From contig JAQGDQ010000024.1 in NCBI GenBank assembly GCA_030141605.1, positions 1,074,994 through 1,138,993 on the forward strand: a DNA stretch of 64,000 nt. Reading direction: 5' to 3'. Below the pieces are notes generated by a model that made no database searches, had not been told where the DNA came from, and saw only the letters and a list, made by a program, of their open reading frames with translations. A program made the translations under genes and the position numbers. Below are positions 53,381-64,000 of this stretch, in pieces. This DNA is from Tubiluchus corallicola (lineage: Eukaryota; Animalia; Priapulida). Within the stretch, counting starts at the first letter, position 1, and the number at the start of each line of letters is the position of its first letter.

Positions 53381-55398
53381 CAAACAATTTATTACAGTTT
53401 CACGACGTTTCTTCATTACTTAGTTAAGGAACTTTTTCCCACGATAAAACAATGACCAACTCATACATTCGTCATCTGAATGAAAGCGGGGCATGTTCAT
53501 TCGATGTCTTAGCGTCTAAGTTCACATTACAATTTTTTGCTGTAAGAACATAAAGCAATTCTCTCGATTGTTCACTGTTCAGTTCACAAGACATGTTCTG
53601 GAACTGTACTGCGCACAAGACATTAAATTCCAAGCAAACTATCATTTGGAATATGGGTAAAACAAGTTCTACAAAATGTGTAGCTGGTGCACAAAGCAAA
53701 AGGAGATAGGAGGATAGGATTAGAGATAAATCTACAAAAAACAATAAAGGAAATTTTAGGGAAATTAAAGTATTACTTAGTTACTTGTGTCACATTGGAC
53801 ATTACTCTCTAGCACTTATCTGATTGCAGTTATGACAAACACAATTTTTCAGAATAAGTACCATCACTGGTCACGATGAAAAGCAGCTGTATTCTGTGCC
53901 TTAATTTTAATGTAAATTGAAAAGTCGGGAAAATATTATTTTTTATGAATCTGTAGAGTGTCAACAATTAAAATAAAGTAATAATTGTATGATGTATACA
54001 ATGATTTGTACAAGTTTCATAACCTTACACTTTCAATTACTCACAAAATTATTATTAAACTTTATTATAAGTTGTTATACTGACACTGTGCTGCTTATAT
54101 AAATTTGTAAGTAACTTTGACAGAATAATAATAATGATGATGGTGATGTCATTATGAAGATGATGTTGATGATTCTTTACCTGAGAAAATTGTTTTTCTG
54201 TTTTGATTAAAACAAGAACAGCATTAGTAGATAAAAAGGGTGTCTCAAAACTCACTATAATTTTGTAATTTTATTTTTAGCTCTTTTCATCCAATCTTGA
54301 CAAACTTTGCCATCTATCTCTTAATTGGTTTTCCAGAATAATTAATAATTAAACACAAATAATGATTGAATGTGACTCGATAGATATGACATCCTGTAAT
54401 TCTTTTACAGGGCCGTATCAAGCCAAAACTCATGCAAAAGAAACGTCACACCTCTATGAACTCACTGATGATCACCAACTTCATGAAATGAAATTCGAAT
54501 TCAGTTTTAAAGATTTCAAATAAATTTTCGAATCATTACTAGAAAGTGGTTTCATAAAGATCAAGCATATTACTTGATTTTATTATGCAGTAAAATCCTA
54601 ATTATTTGTGTAAAAGCGCAGTACAGAAATCGCAGTAAAATTATGCTGATTGCATGCTATTTCAAACGTTTTATTAATAAAGAACTTTTGTAGTTGAAAT
54701 GGTGAATTATTGGAATCTATAATTTTAGATTTCAATTGAATTTGAATTAAAAAAGTCTCGAATTAAACATTCTATGCTCACCCTTATACATGACCTGCAT
54801 TCATGTAGTTTCACTCTTCTATTGTTGTCTCTTACCTTGAGTGGCTTTAGGCCTTGTTTGGTATAACTTGTACAAAGAAATAATTCACACATTACTAATT
54901 CAGGCTGCCCATGAAAACTGTGATTTGCCTGTTTAGACTTTGGATGGATTTTGTGGATAATAGAAGATTTATTGTATTCATAATCTGTATGTTATTCAAA
55001 CCTGCTATAATTGCAAAGTAACAAAATATTACACCTTACACAAAAATATAAGCTAGAACTTTTGTCTCACTAATATAACTCAACTGAATAAGTTAATACA
55101 AGTCTTTACGGTGGCTAAAGTGCCAATGTCTTAAATTACTTGTGACAGTATAACTCAAATTTTTATCTTCAAGAAGAATAATAACATTGAAGATTCACTT
55201 CTGTTTTGTTTACACGATAGGCAAAAATATTAGTAAAATAAGCCAAGTTCATTCCAGCTATTAGGCAGACCTATTCTATTCATGCGTTTGCAAAATTATG
55301 TATTTTGCTAGCTCTTGCAATGTGTTGCAATAGGACAAAAACGAAAATTTGAAAAACGATTTAGTGTCCATAATCACGGTCTTCAGGTCAATCTAATG

Positions 55399-58300
55399 TT
55401 ATTGACTGGGAATACATTCTGGAGTTCTGCCACTCCAGCTGTTTATAGGTGTACATAGGCGTACACCGTTATCTCCACGTGCTAATGAGAAGCCACTATC
55501 ACATCTATAGTGAATCTCTGAAAAAACTGGCCACCTTCCACTTGGTAGCTGTCTGGAAAACAAAACAAATAGATATATTGATTGATAAAATATAGTTAAA
55601 CGTAGTATATAGTAAACTAGTTAAAATTGTAACACTATTTCAGTCAACCTATTTACACAGTAATTTGTGCTTGTGGGTTCAGCGTGCCCACGTTAATGAG
55701 ATCTTGTAGAAGGGTCAATTACTATGACAACGATGATACACATGAAAGTATGCGAGAAAAATTTACCATACGTTACTAATTTAAACATAGATACATACCT
55801 GCCAGCCTTGATTATTCTAATCGAGTGAGGAACATTACGGAAGTCTTTGCACCCAGTTTTATCTAAAAATAAGAAAAGATACTGATTTTTATTTAAAAGT
55901 GAAGCTCCATATTCAAATTCCATATTAAGCTTATATATGCATATATTAATATATGTAATTATTATATAATAATTATATACTACATAATATTATTATATGT
56001 ATAATAATATATATATATAATTATCTTTTCTTATATAACTTACATCTGAGCTGTTTCAAGAGCTGTGTTTGTTGTGAAAGACTGGCACATATTGTTTGCA
56101 AAAGAAGTTAATGTAAAAGGTTTCATACAGCATCTAGTGTTGGCAAATATTGCTCCTTGTGTTTCATTTCTCCTGTTTCAGTTTTATTTCTAGAGAAAAA
56201 TTACATACCTGCAGGTGAAGTAATGATTACCGGTGCTGGAACAACCTCAAGTTCAATAAAACAATGTACTATTTCCTCCAGACTTGAGTGAAATATTTGA
56301 CACTCGTAAATTCCTTCATCAATTTCTCTAGCGTTCTGTATTTTGAGTTTACTGGCAAGGTCTGTGCTGAATGTTTGTGGCAAAAAACGACCACTGTTTG
56401 ATGTCCACGAAAAGTCTACCTAAAATATACATACCCATGTGGTTCAGCTTATTTTGCAAATTAACAACAAACAAAGTATATGGTGAATAATAATTTAAAT
56501 TTACACTAATAATAAAAAAAGCAAAAGTTCCAACACTTTTAATTTTTTACTGTTTAGCATAAGACTTATACATACAACATTAAATTTTTGTAAAGTGATA
56601 ATGAACAAAATTTGAAAAGTGTAATTAGTATGCCTACTCTGGATAAGTTTGTTTCAATCTCACAAAGAAGATCCACAGTTCCACCCTCTGTAACCATCAC
56701 ATGTGTGTGCTGTGGTCCTCGGCAACTGACAGTATGTTTTTCTGAAATACATGAACAAAAATTTAATTACATTACTTAATAAAGATATCTATACAATAAC
56801 TGAATCGTCACAACATGGATTCTCCACACAGCATTCCAATAAAAAAGTCTCGAAATGTCCTTAGTTCCCTCTGAGCATTTATAATAACATCTATAGCATG
56901 CAGTAGCAGCTTACTTACTTTAACAGTAAATACAGGTTCACATAACCCACAATTAAACTTTTTATTCATAATTTTTCTGCATTTGTTCATTTTGCATTTC
57001 TCTGCAATTTTTTTCTAGCTACATCCACATTTACTTTGACAATTTAAAATCGTATCCATTGATTGGTAATGACATTTGGTGCCTTTGTATTTTAGTATCA
57101 TCAGTGTACTAATTATTCTTTTTCTGGCTTGATTTATAGTATTGAAAATGGTTAGCCGAAACAATCGTCTATGCTCAATAAACATGTTAATTATTTATAA
57201 TCATAATTGTCGCACCAAAAATGGTAATTTAAAACACACGTCTAAAATAGTTTTACAAGTATACAATAAAAGAGAATGTTTAACTCTATCTAGGAACAAT
57301 AACAGGCCTGGCATTAATTTGCTATGTGCACACTGGTATAAGGAGACATTATTTGTTGTACATGCTACTCTTGAAGAGACTTGAGTACAAAGTTCACATA
57401 TACAGTTAACGAAAATATTGACGTAATTAAGGAAAAAAACTGTCAGCACTTATCAGGCATCATTCAAAGTTTCAAGAGTGAGCTACACCTTCTGCATATT
57501 CCCATGGCAATCACAATTACACTAAAACCAACCTGGAACTTTCTGTACAAGCAGAATAAATGGTTCACTAATAGGTCCTCTTCCAAGAGAATTCTCTCCT
57601 CTACACTGATACGTGCCTGAATCATCTACTGATAGTTCAGTTATGTGCAAAGATGGTTGTGCAACGCTTCCCCCTCTGTAATAAAACCAAATAAATTTTG
57701 CCAGTTATCCATTACTTATATAGCATTGCATGTTATCTTTCTTGGCGACATGCAGTATGCTATAAGACGTTTTCAATCTCTAGTAATATTGCTTTTTGCA
57801 GTCAGGCATTAATAAAAGTGTGAATCGTAGGCAGTGCAGTTTGGTAGTACGTACTAAAATAGAAATTGTGTTAATGTGTTGCATGTGGTACAACGAAGCA
57901 AACGCACACTAAGGAGTTACTTCATTTCCACTTTTACTCAAATTTTCTTTTGCTACATTTATTCTAAATGGAAAAGTGTCAGATATGTTTTCAACGTATT
58001 TTTCTTGCGATTTCATGTTCAATATGTTCTGATTTTTTACACTAGTTTTCGGTAGTGAGACCTAATTCATATCATCGCAGATAAATCAACTATTTACTAC
58101 TCTTTATATGAACATTAACTGTGGAGTCAAATCAGCCTAAATTTGATAAGGTGTACTGCACTTAAATAGTTTCAATACTGCACCTTATAAAGCAAAGAAA
58201 GGTAACAAAACTGCCCTAAATGTGGTTAAAACTCTAGCACAGTTGTTACCCTGAGTAAAATGGATGGAAGAAACACATGCCATATAGATAAAATTATCCG

Positions 58301-58998
58301 ATGACTTGCAGTACTGGGTAAACCAAAAGGGTGCATACGAATCCACATTCCACATAAACTAACTATTGAATGCGATCATAAATATTTTGTTGCACAATAC
58401 ATACGCGTATTTTTCGGAAAATGTATAAATGGCTTGACTGTTTCTAGTCCATAACAATCCGGTGAGGGGTGAACTACCTAGAAAGTCACAATCAATTGTA
58501 ACGTCTGATCCCTCATTCACTATTAGTTCTTTGACTTGCCTTTCAAGTGGTATTGGTGCATCTGCAAAATATACAATGTGAAGTCTGAGGATGTACAACT
58601 ACAATGTGCAATGGCTAGAACATTTCCACTATGTATAAGCATGAAATATAATCGAGATTAGGCCTGCACTTATTGCTCTAAATAAAATAAATTTTTTGGT
58701 GCAATACTACAGAGAATATATGTGCAAGTGGTTAGCAGTGCGGGGTACTCTTCTGTGCAATTGCTTTACCAACTGACAGCATTAACGCATCATGCAGATG
58801 ACAACGTTGATAACCAGGAACAAGCAAAATTTTTAAATACTGTAACAATACTTAATGTAAGCATATCTCACTTACAATTAAGGGTAAACCCTCTGGGTAG
58901 CAGATGTTCATTACTGATCCAGTCTTTGCAGTCAGCTGAATCTACTTCCACTGCAGTGACACTGATATTGTCTTTAAGATATTTTTCCCGCAAAAATC
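55399..58998 (-). CDS. Uncharacterised protein with two Ig domains and a C-terminal CCP/sushi domain (5' end not resolved)
   Basis: Phase-consistent exons 58876-58998 (less certain), 58405-58561, 57533-57675, 56638-56741, 56209-56419, 55799-55862, 55399-55552. Ig1: VNEGSDVTIDC...WTRN...SLHITELSVDDSGTYQC. Ig2: VTEGGTVDLLC...FSW...LKIQNAREIDEGIYEC. CCP: CKDFRNVPHS...IHYRCDSGFSL...RLCTPINSWSGRTPEC then stop. Confidence 0.82.
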
Positions 58999-60046
58999 CT
59001 ACGCAAGCATTTTATATCAATTTAGAAAATTCCTTCAACTTTTCAATTATCATAATTGCAATTGCAAAAATGTGCAAATTTTCCTATGAAATAAATCTTC
59101 ATCAATTCATGAAGGACAAACCAAGAAAACAAAAACTAATGTTTGGCTACTATTATTTGTAAAGATGTATATATTTTTTAGAATTATAATTTGTTTATTT
59201 TCACTATTAATAATAAAAAGTTAGTGTATGGCATAGTCAAGATAGAAGTCAATAAAAATCTAAGCAATAACAGCATCGTTAAATGATAAATACTATGTAT
59301 GTGTGGAGGATGGCAAGTAAATGGAAGTTATTCGGACTATGCACTCATTTCAATTTATTATTATTTTCGTGCTTTGTTGGATTACCTTGTTAACCACTAT
59401 GTGAGATTACTTTAATGAAGATGACTACGATAATATATTTACTATAAATTTTTGTATAAGCAAGAAGTACATTTGGCTAACGAAAAATTTTTTGTACACA
59501 GACTTCTTGTAAGTGCAGTATGGATAATGACTCTTATTTATTGGAAAGTGCTGCCCTCTACGAGCAGGAGTTGGGATGAAAAGAGGAGGAGAGTAGAACA
59601 ATGATGGTCACGTTCTTGTTGACAGCAATGTTTTTTTTTTGTCGTTATTGTGTTAGTTAACAACAGCGTTTTAGTTATTACCAAATTTGAATCTTGATGA
59701 TATTTTACATCTTGATGAAGAGCCAACGATGAATTTAAATAATTTAATCTGTGAAATTTATGAAAGCGCTTTGACCAACAGGTTGTCTTCTTCTTAATTA
59801 TTAAGCTTCTGTTTATCATTCTATTTATTTTTCTTACTTGTTAATGTTCTCCCTTATTATTCTCTTTAGAATAAACGACTTTGGAACATGAATCAAATAG
59901 TGAAGGCTTTTCTGTACATAATACTTCTCATTGTGGTCTTTAAGAACTACATGTAAACGTAAAAATTATCATATTTAATGTTACCATAGCGTGAAACGCA
60001 ATAAATAGTTGTACAAAGTTGTAAAAAATATATATCTGACACAAAC

Positions 60047-60121
60047 CGTTTCCAAGCCGATTTCCAATGTTGTTGACAAACTGGTCAAAATCATTACAAG
60101 GACTAGTTTCTAACTCTTTTA
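60047..60121 (-). CDS. Possible additional upstream exon of the Ig-Ig-CCP gene
   Basis: Acceptor ttatttttcag, open phase 1-1 frame (KELETSPCNDFDQFVNNIGNRLGN), weak donor G|gtttgt; no recognisable motif. Confidence 0.25.
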
Positions 60122-60844
60122 CTGAAAAATAAAATAAATTTTGCAATTATGTAAAGGCTAAGAAGGCAGCAGTCTACAAATCATCTGACAAAAATTTTGC
60201 AATCACTTTGACAAAACTGCCCATAGTATGAAGAATATTGTCAAAGATAACTTTTACAAAAAATTGTCGGAAACTATTGTTCGACACTGGAATCATTTGT
60301 CCCAGACTCCCAATTTCGGTTTTTGCTCACTTTTGGTGTCAGAGGTCGACTAATCTGGACGTAACTCACACAATTCAACTCGCCTCAATAAGACCTTTCA
60401 TTTGATATACTACGAGCAGCCCCTGTTACTTGACACAGGAAGCACTGATGTCACCGACCCCCCCCCCCCCCACCACCAATTTCAGTTTTTGTTTCTATCA
60501 AAAATTTTCCCACAAGACAGCCATTCACTAGACCTTCACCCCACTTTGATACATACCAAAAACTGTGGTCCTAGCTCAAAAGCTCTAGGAAAAGATCCAG
60601 TCTAAAGTAAGAAACTCCAGCCACAATGTGACCTTTGACTTCTGCGCGTGACGGGTTGCTTATAAACATTAATTCGCATATTTGGGGTGTGTACCCCCGT
60701 GAGTTTCATGACCCTAACCCTGTACAAGTTATTCAAGAAACAAAAAGGCAGAAGAACAAATGAATAAAAAATGGGGATGAAGAAAAAAGATTCTGTTGTG
60801 AAGCAGTAAAAAAGTTCTCATAAATCCTACATTAATAACCATAA

Positions 60845-62825
60845 CTAGCCAAACCCCACAAAAAGAATTTTGTGCACAAATCAACACAAAACCCACACCA
60901 CACCACTCCACCTCATCACACCACACTGCACCACACCATACCACTCCACCACATCACACCGCACTGCACCACACCATAACACCACACTGCACCACACCAC
61001 CTACACACCACACCACCCACACCATACCACTCCACCACATCACACCACACCGCACCACACCATACCACCTACACATCACACCACCCACACCATACCACTC
61101 CACCACATCACACCACACTGCACCACACCATACCACTGCACCACCCACACACCACACCACACCATAATACTCCACCACATCACACCGCACAGCACCACAC
61201 CATAACACCACACTGCACCATACCACACAGCACCACACCATAACACCACACTGCACCACACCACCCACCCACCTACACACCACACCGCACCACACCATAC
61301 CGCTACAGCACACCACACCACCCACACCATACGACTCCACCACATCACACCACACTGCACCACACCATACCACTGCACCGCACCACCCACACACACCACA
61401 CCACCCACACCATAATACTCCACCACATCACACCGCACAGCACCACACCATAACACCACACTGCACCACACCACCCACCCACCTACACACCACACCACCC
61501 ACACCATACCACTCCACCACATCACACCACACCACACCACAACATACCACTGCAGCACACCGCACGACCCACATACCACACCACACCAACCACACCATAC
61601 GACTCCACCACATCACACCACACTGCACCACACCATACCACTGCACCACACCACACCACACCACCCACACCATAATACTCCACCACATCACACCGCACTG
61701 CACCACACCATAACACCACACCGCACCACAACACCCACCCACCCACACACCACGCCACCCACTCCATACCACACTACCCACACCACACCCCACACACCCT
61801 ATCACCCCACCACACCATCCATAGCACAACACACAAAGCACACCACCACCACACCACATCAAATCCACCACCTCACGTGGTGATCATGATGTTGATGATG
61901 ATGATGATGATGGTGGCAACGATGACAACACCTATAGCACAAGCACCAACAGCACAGCATTACAACAAAACCATTCCAAACATTTTTCACAAAGTTGAAA
62001 CTATGTGCTATAATATAATAAATAGCAAAGGCCCCGCAAAAGATTGCGTATAAATACACGTGTAATCAATAATACGCGAACATCCTACCTAGTCCACATT
62101 TATAACACAAAGCCCGTAACATCGTGTCTACTGTTTGTTTAACTAACGCAAAGCCTGTAGCTTTTTGCTGAATTAAAGTTATAAGATTATAGACAGAGTA
62201 CAATGGATGACGTCACAACAATGCCTTTGCGTCAGCAGTTTTCTAAGTGAAAATTGCCGAAAATAGAACTCCTAACTAACTCGTTGATACTCCTCTCGGT
62301 GGACCTGCCCTAAAATATATCCCACATCATCGTGTTGCCCTGTCCTTCCTTTTTGTAAAGAGCTATATATCTCCTCCCGAGAGTCCCACCGGGCGACGCT
62401 AGAACGTTTTTCCCGCATGCTGTTTGGTCAAAATTTCGAAAAAATCGCGAGTTGGGTCCGGGAAAACGCCCGTTGCGGGGCGCCGCGGCCCTCTCGGGAA
62501 TTCTAAATATGCCTACTACACCCACCGCTGAACGGGCTATCTATCCATACCCAGCACCCCCTCGGCCCGTTCCCGTTCTCTACATCTCAGCCGTATAACT
62601 TTTGCAAAAAACGGCCGAAAAAGGGCCATTTTTGGAGGTTTTTCGCCTCCGCTTTCTCCCGGTGGGCCCGATTAGAAAAATAAACCATCAATGGGACGAC
62701 ACTAGATGGAGACCTTTCGTTTGATATATAGATCGCCGCAAATGGTGCCCTCGTCCGGGCTGTAGCCTCGAATCTTATATATATATAAATAAATAAATAT
62801 ATATACCAAGAATATTAATATAAGA
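60845..62825 (-). mobile_element. Non-autonomous Helitron-like element, copy 1 (1981 bp), carrying a CACCA/TGGTG satellite
   Basis: On the minus strand it begins TCTTATATT (62825) and ends CTAG (60848-60845), with a CACAAAA-4nt-TTTTGTG hairpin (60857-60874) 8 nt before CTAG; next minus-strand base is T. Confidence 0.72.
60890..61860. repeat. Degenerate (CACCA)n pentamer satellite with higher-order structure
   Basis: Recurrent CACACCATACCACTCCACCACATCACACCACACTGCACCA units. Confidence 0.95.
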
Positions 62826-64000
62826 CTAGCCAAACCCCACAAAAAGAATTTTGTGCACAAATCAACACACAACCCACACCACACCACTCCACCCCATCAC
62901 ACCACACTGCACCACACCATACCACTCCACCTCATCGCACCACACTGCACCACACAATACCACCACACCACCGCACCACATCATACCACCTACACACCAC
63001 ACCACCCACACCATACCACTGCACCACCCATGCACCACACCACACCACCCACACCATAATACTCCACCACATCACATCGCACAACACCACACCACACTGC
63101 ACCACACCACTCACACCATACAACTCCACCACATCACACCGCACCACACCATACCACTGCAGCACACCGCACCACCCACACACCACACCACACCACACCA
63201 CACCACCCACACCATACGACTCCACCACATCACACCACACTGCACCACACCATACCACTGCACCACACCGCACCACCCACACACCACACCACACCACCCA
63301 CACCATACGACTCCACCACATCACACCACACAGCACCACACCATAACACCACACTGCACCACACCACCCACCCACCTACACACCACACCACCCACACCAT
63401 ACCACTCCACCACATCACACCACACCGCACCACACCATACCACTGCAGCACACCGCACCACCCACACACCACACCACCCACACCATACGACTCCACCACA
63501 TCACACCACACTGCACCACACCATACCACTGCACCACACCGCACCACCCACACACCACACCACACCACACCACCCACACGCCACCCACTCCATACCACAC
63601 TACCCACACCACACCCCACACACCCTATCACCCCACCACACCATCCATAGCACAACACACAAAGCACACCACCACCACACCACATCAAATCCACCACCTC
63701 ACGTGGTGATCATGATGTTGATGATGATGATGATGATGGTGGCAACGATGACAACACCTATAGCACAAGCACCAACAGCACAGCATTACAACAAAACCAT
63801 TCCAAACATTTTTCACAAAGTTGAAACTATGTGCTATAATATAATAAATAGCAAAGGCCCCGCACCACATCATACCACCTACACCGCACCACCCACACAC
63901 CACACAACACCACACCATACGACTCCACCACATCACACCACACTGCACCACACCATACCACTCCACCACATCACACCACACTGCACCACACCATACCACT
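62826..64000 (-). mobile_element. Helitron-like element, copy 2, head-to-tail with copy 1; runs off the window edge
   Basis: Same CTAGCCAAACCCCACAAAAAGAATTTTGTGCACAAATCAACAC terminus at 62826; a unique block (about 61770-62038) recurs 1826 bp later. Confidence 0.72.
62870..64000. repeat. Degenerate (CACCA)n pentamer satellite, second block (interrupted at about 63690-63863)
   Basis: Same higher-order units as the first block. Confidence 0.93.

Noticed and set aside
60300-60840. GACCTT-motif-rich tract resembling a dispersed repeat (similar style at about 38310-38460)
   Set aside because: No termini or clear alignment established by eye; needs a repeat library search.
60729-63999. Many ORFs rich in His/Thr/Pro (plus) or Val/Trp/Cys/Gly (minus)
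   Set aside because: They are translations of the CACCA/TGGTG satellite, open in several frames on both strands because the repeat lacks stop codons.
60890-64000. Possible telomeric array
   Set aside because: The repeat is degenerate CACCA, not TTAGG/TTAGGG, and is bounded by transposon-like termini and unique blocks.

Overview
AT-rich, intron-rich eukaryotic (invertebrate animal) genomic DNA; no prokaryotic operons, rRNA/tRNA or CRISPR seen. By hand-tracing splice sites and phases I reconstruct five protein-coding genes. (1) A minus-strand SORL1/sorLA orthologue: 35 phase-consistent coding exons from 34250 down to 6117, about 1913 codons (signal peptide, furin site, VPS10, YWTD, EGF, 9 LDLa, FN3 domains). 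I could not find its last FN3, TM and tail exons in the window, so they probably lie beyond the left edge. (2) A plus-strand PTB-domain adaptor (1857-2603), which therefore appears nested antisense inside a SORL1 intron. (3) An orphan mucin-FN3-TM receptor with SH2/SH3/PDZ-type tail motifs (42663-44508). (4) IMPAD1/BPNT2 (50270-47072). (5) A 5'-incomplete Ig-Ig-CCP protein (58998-55399). Non-coding structure includes a GC-AG intron, a 283-bp tandem duplication of part of an LDLa exon, several hAT-type MITEs, a TGT...ACA element with a 5-bp TSD (Ginger2/TDD-like), and a head-to-tail non-autonomous Helitron pair carrying a CACCA satellite at the right end. All family assignments are from motif recognition, not database searches.
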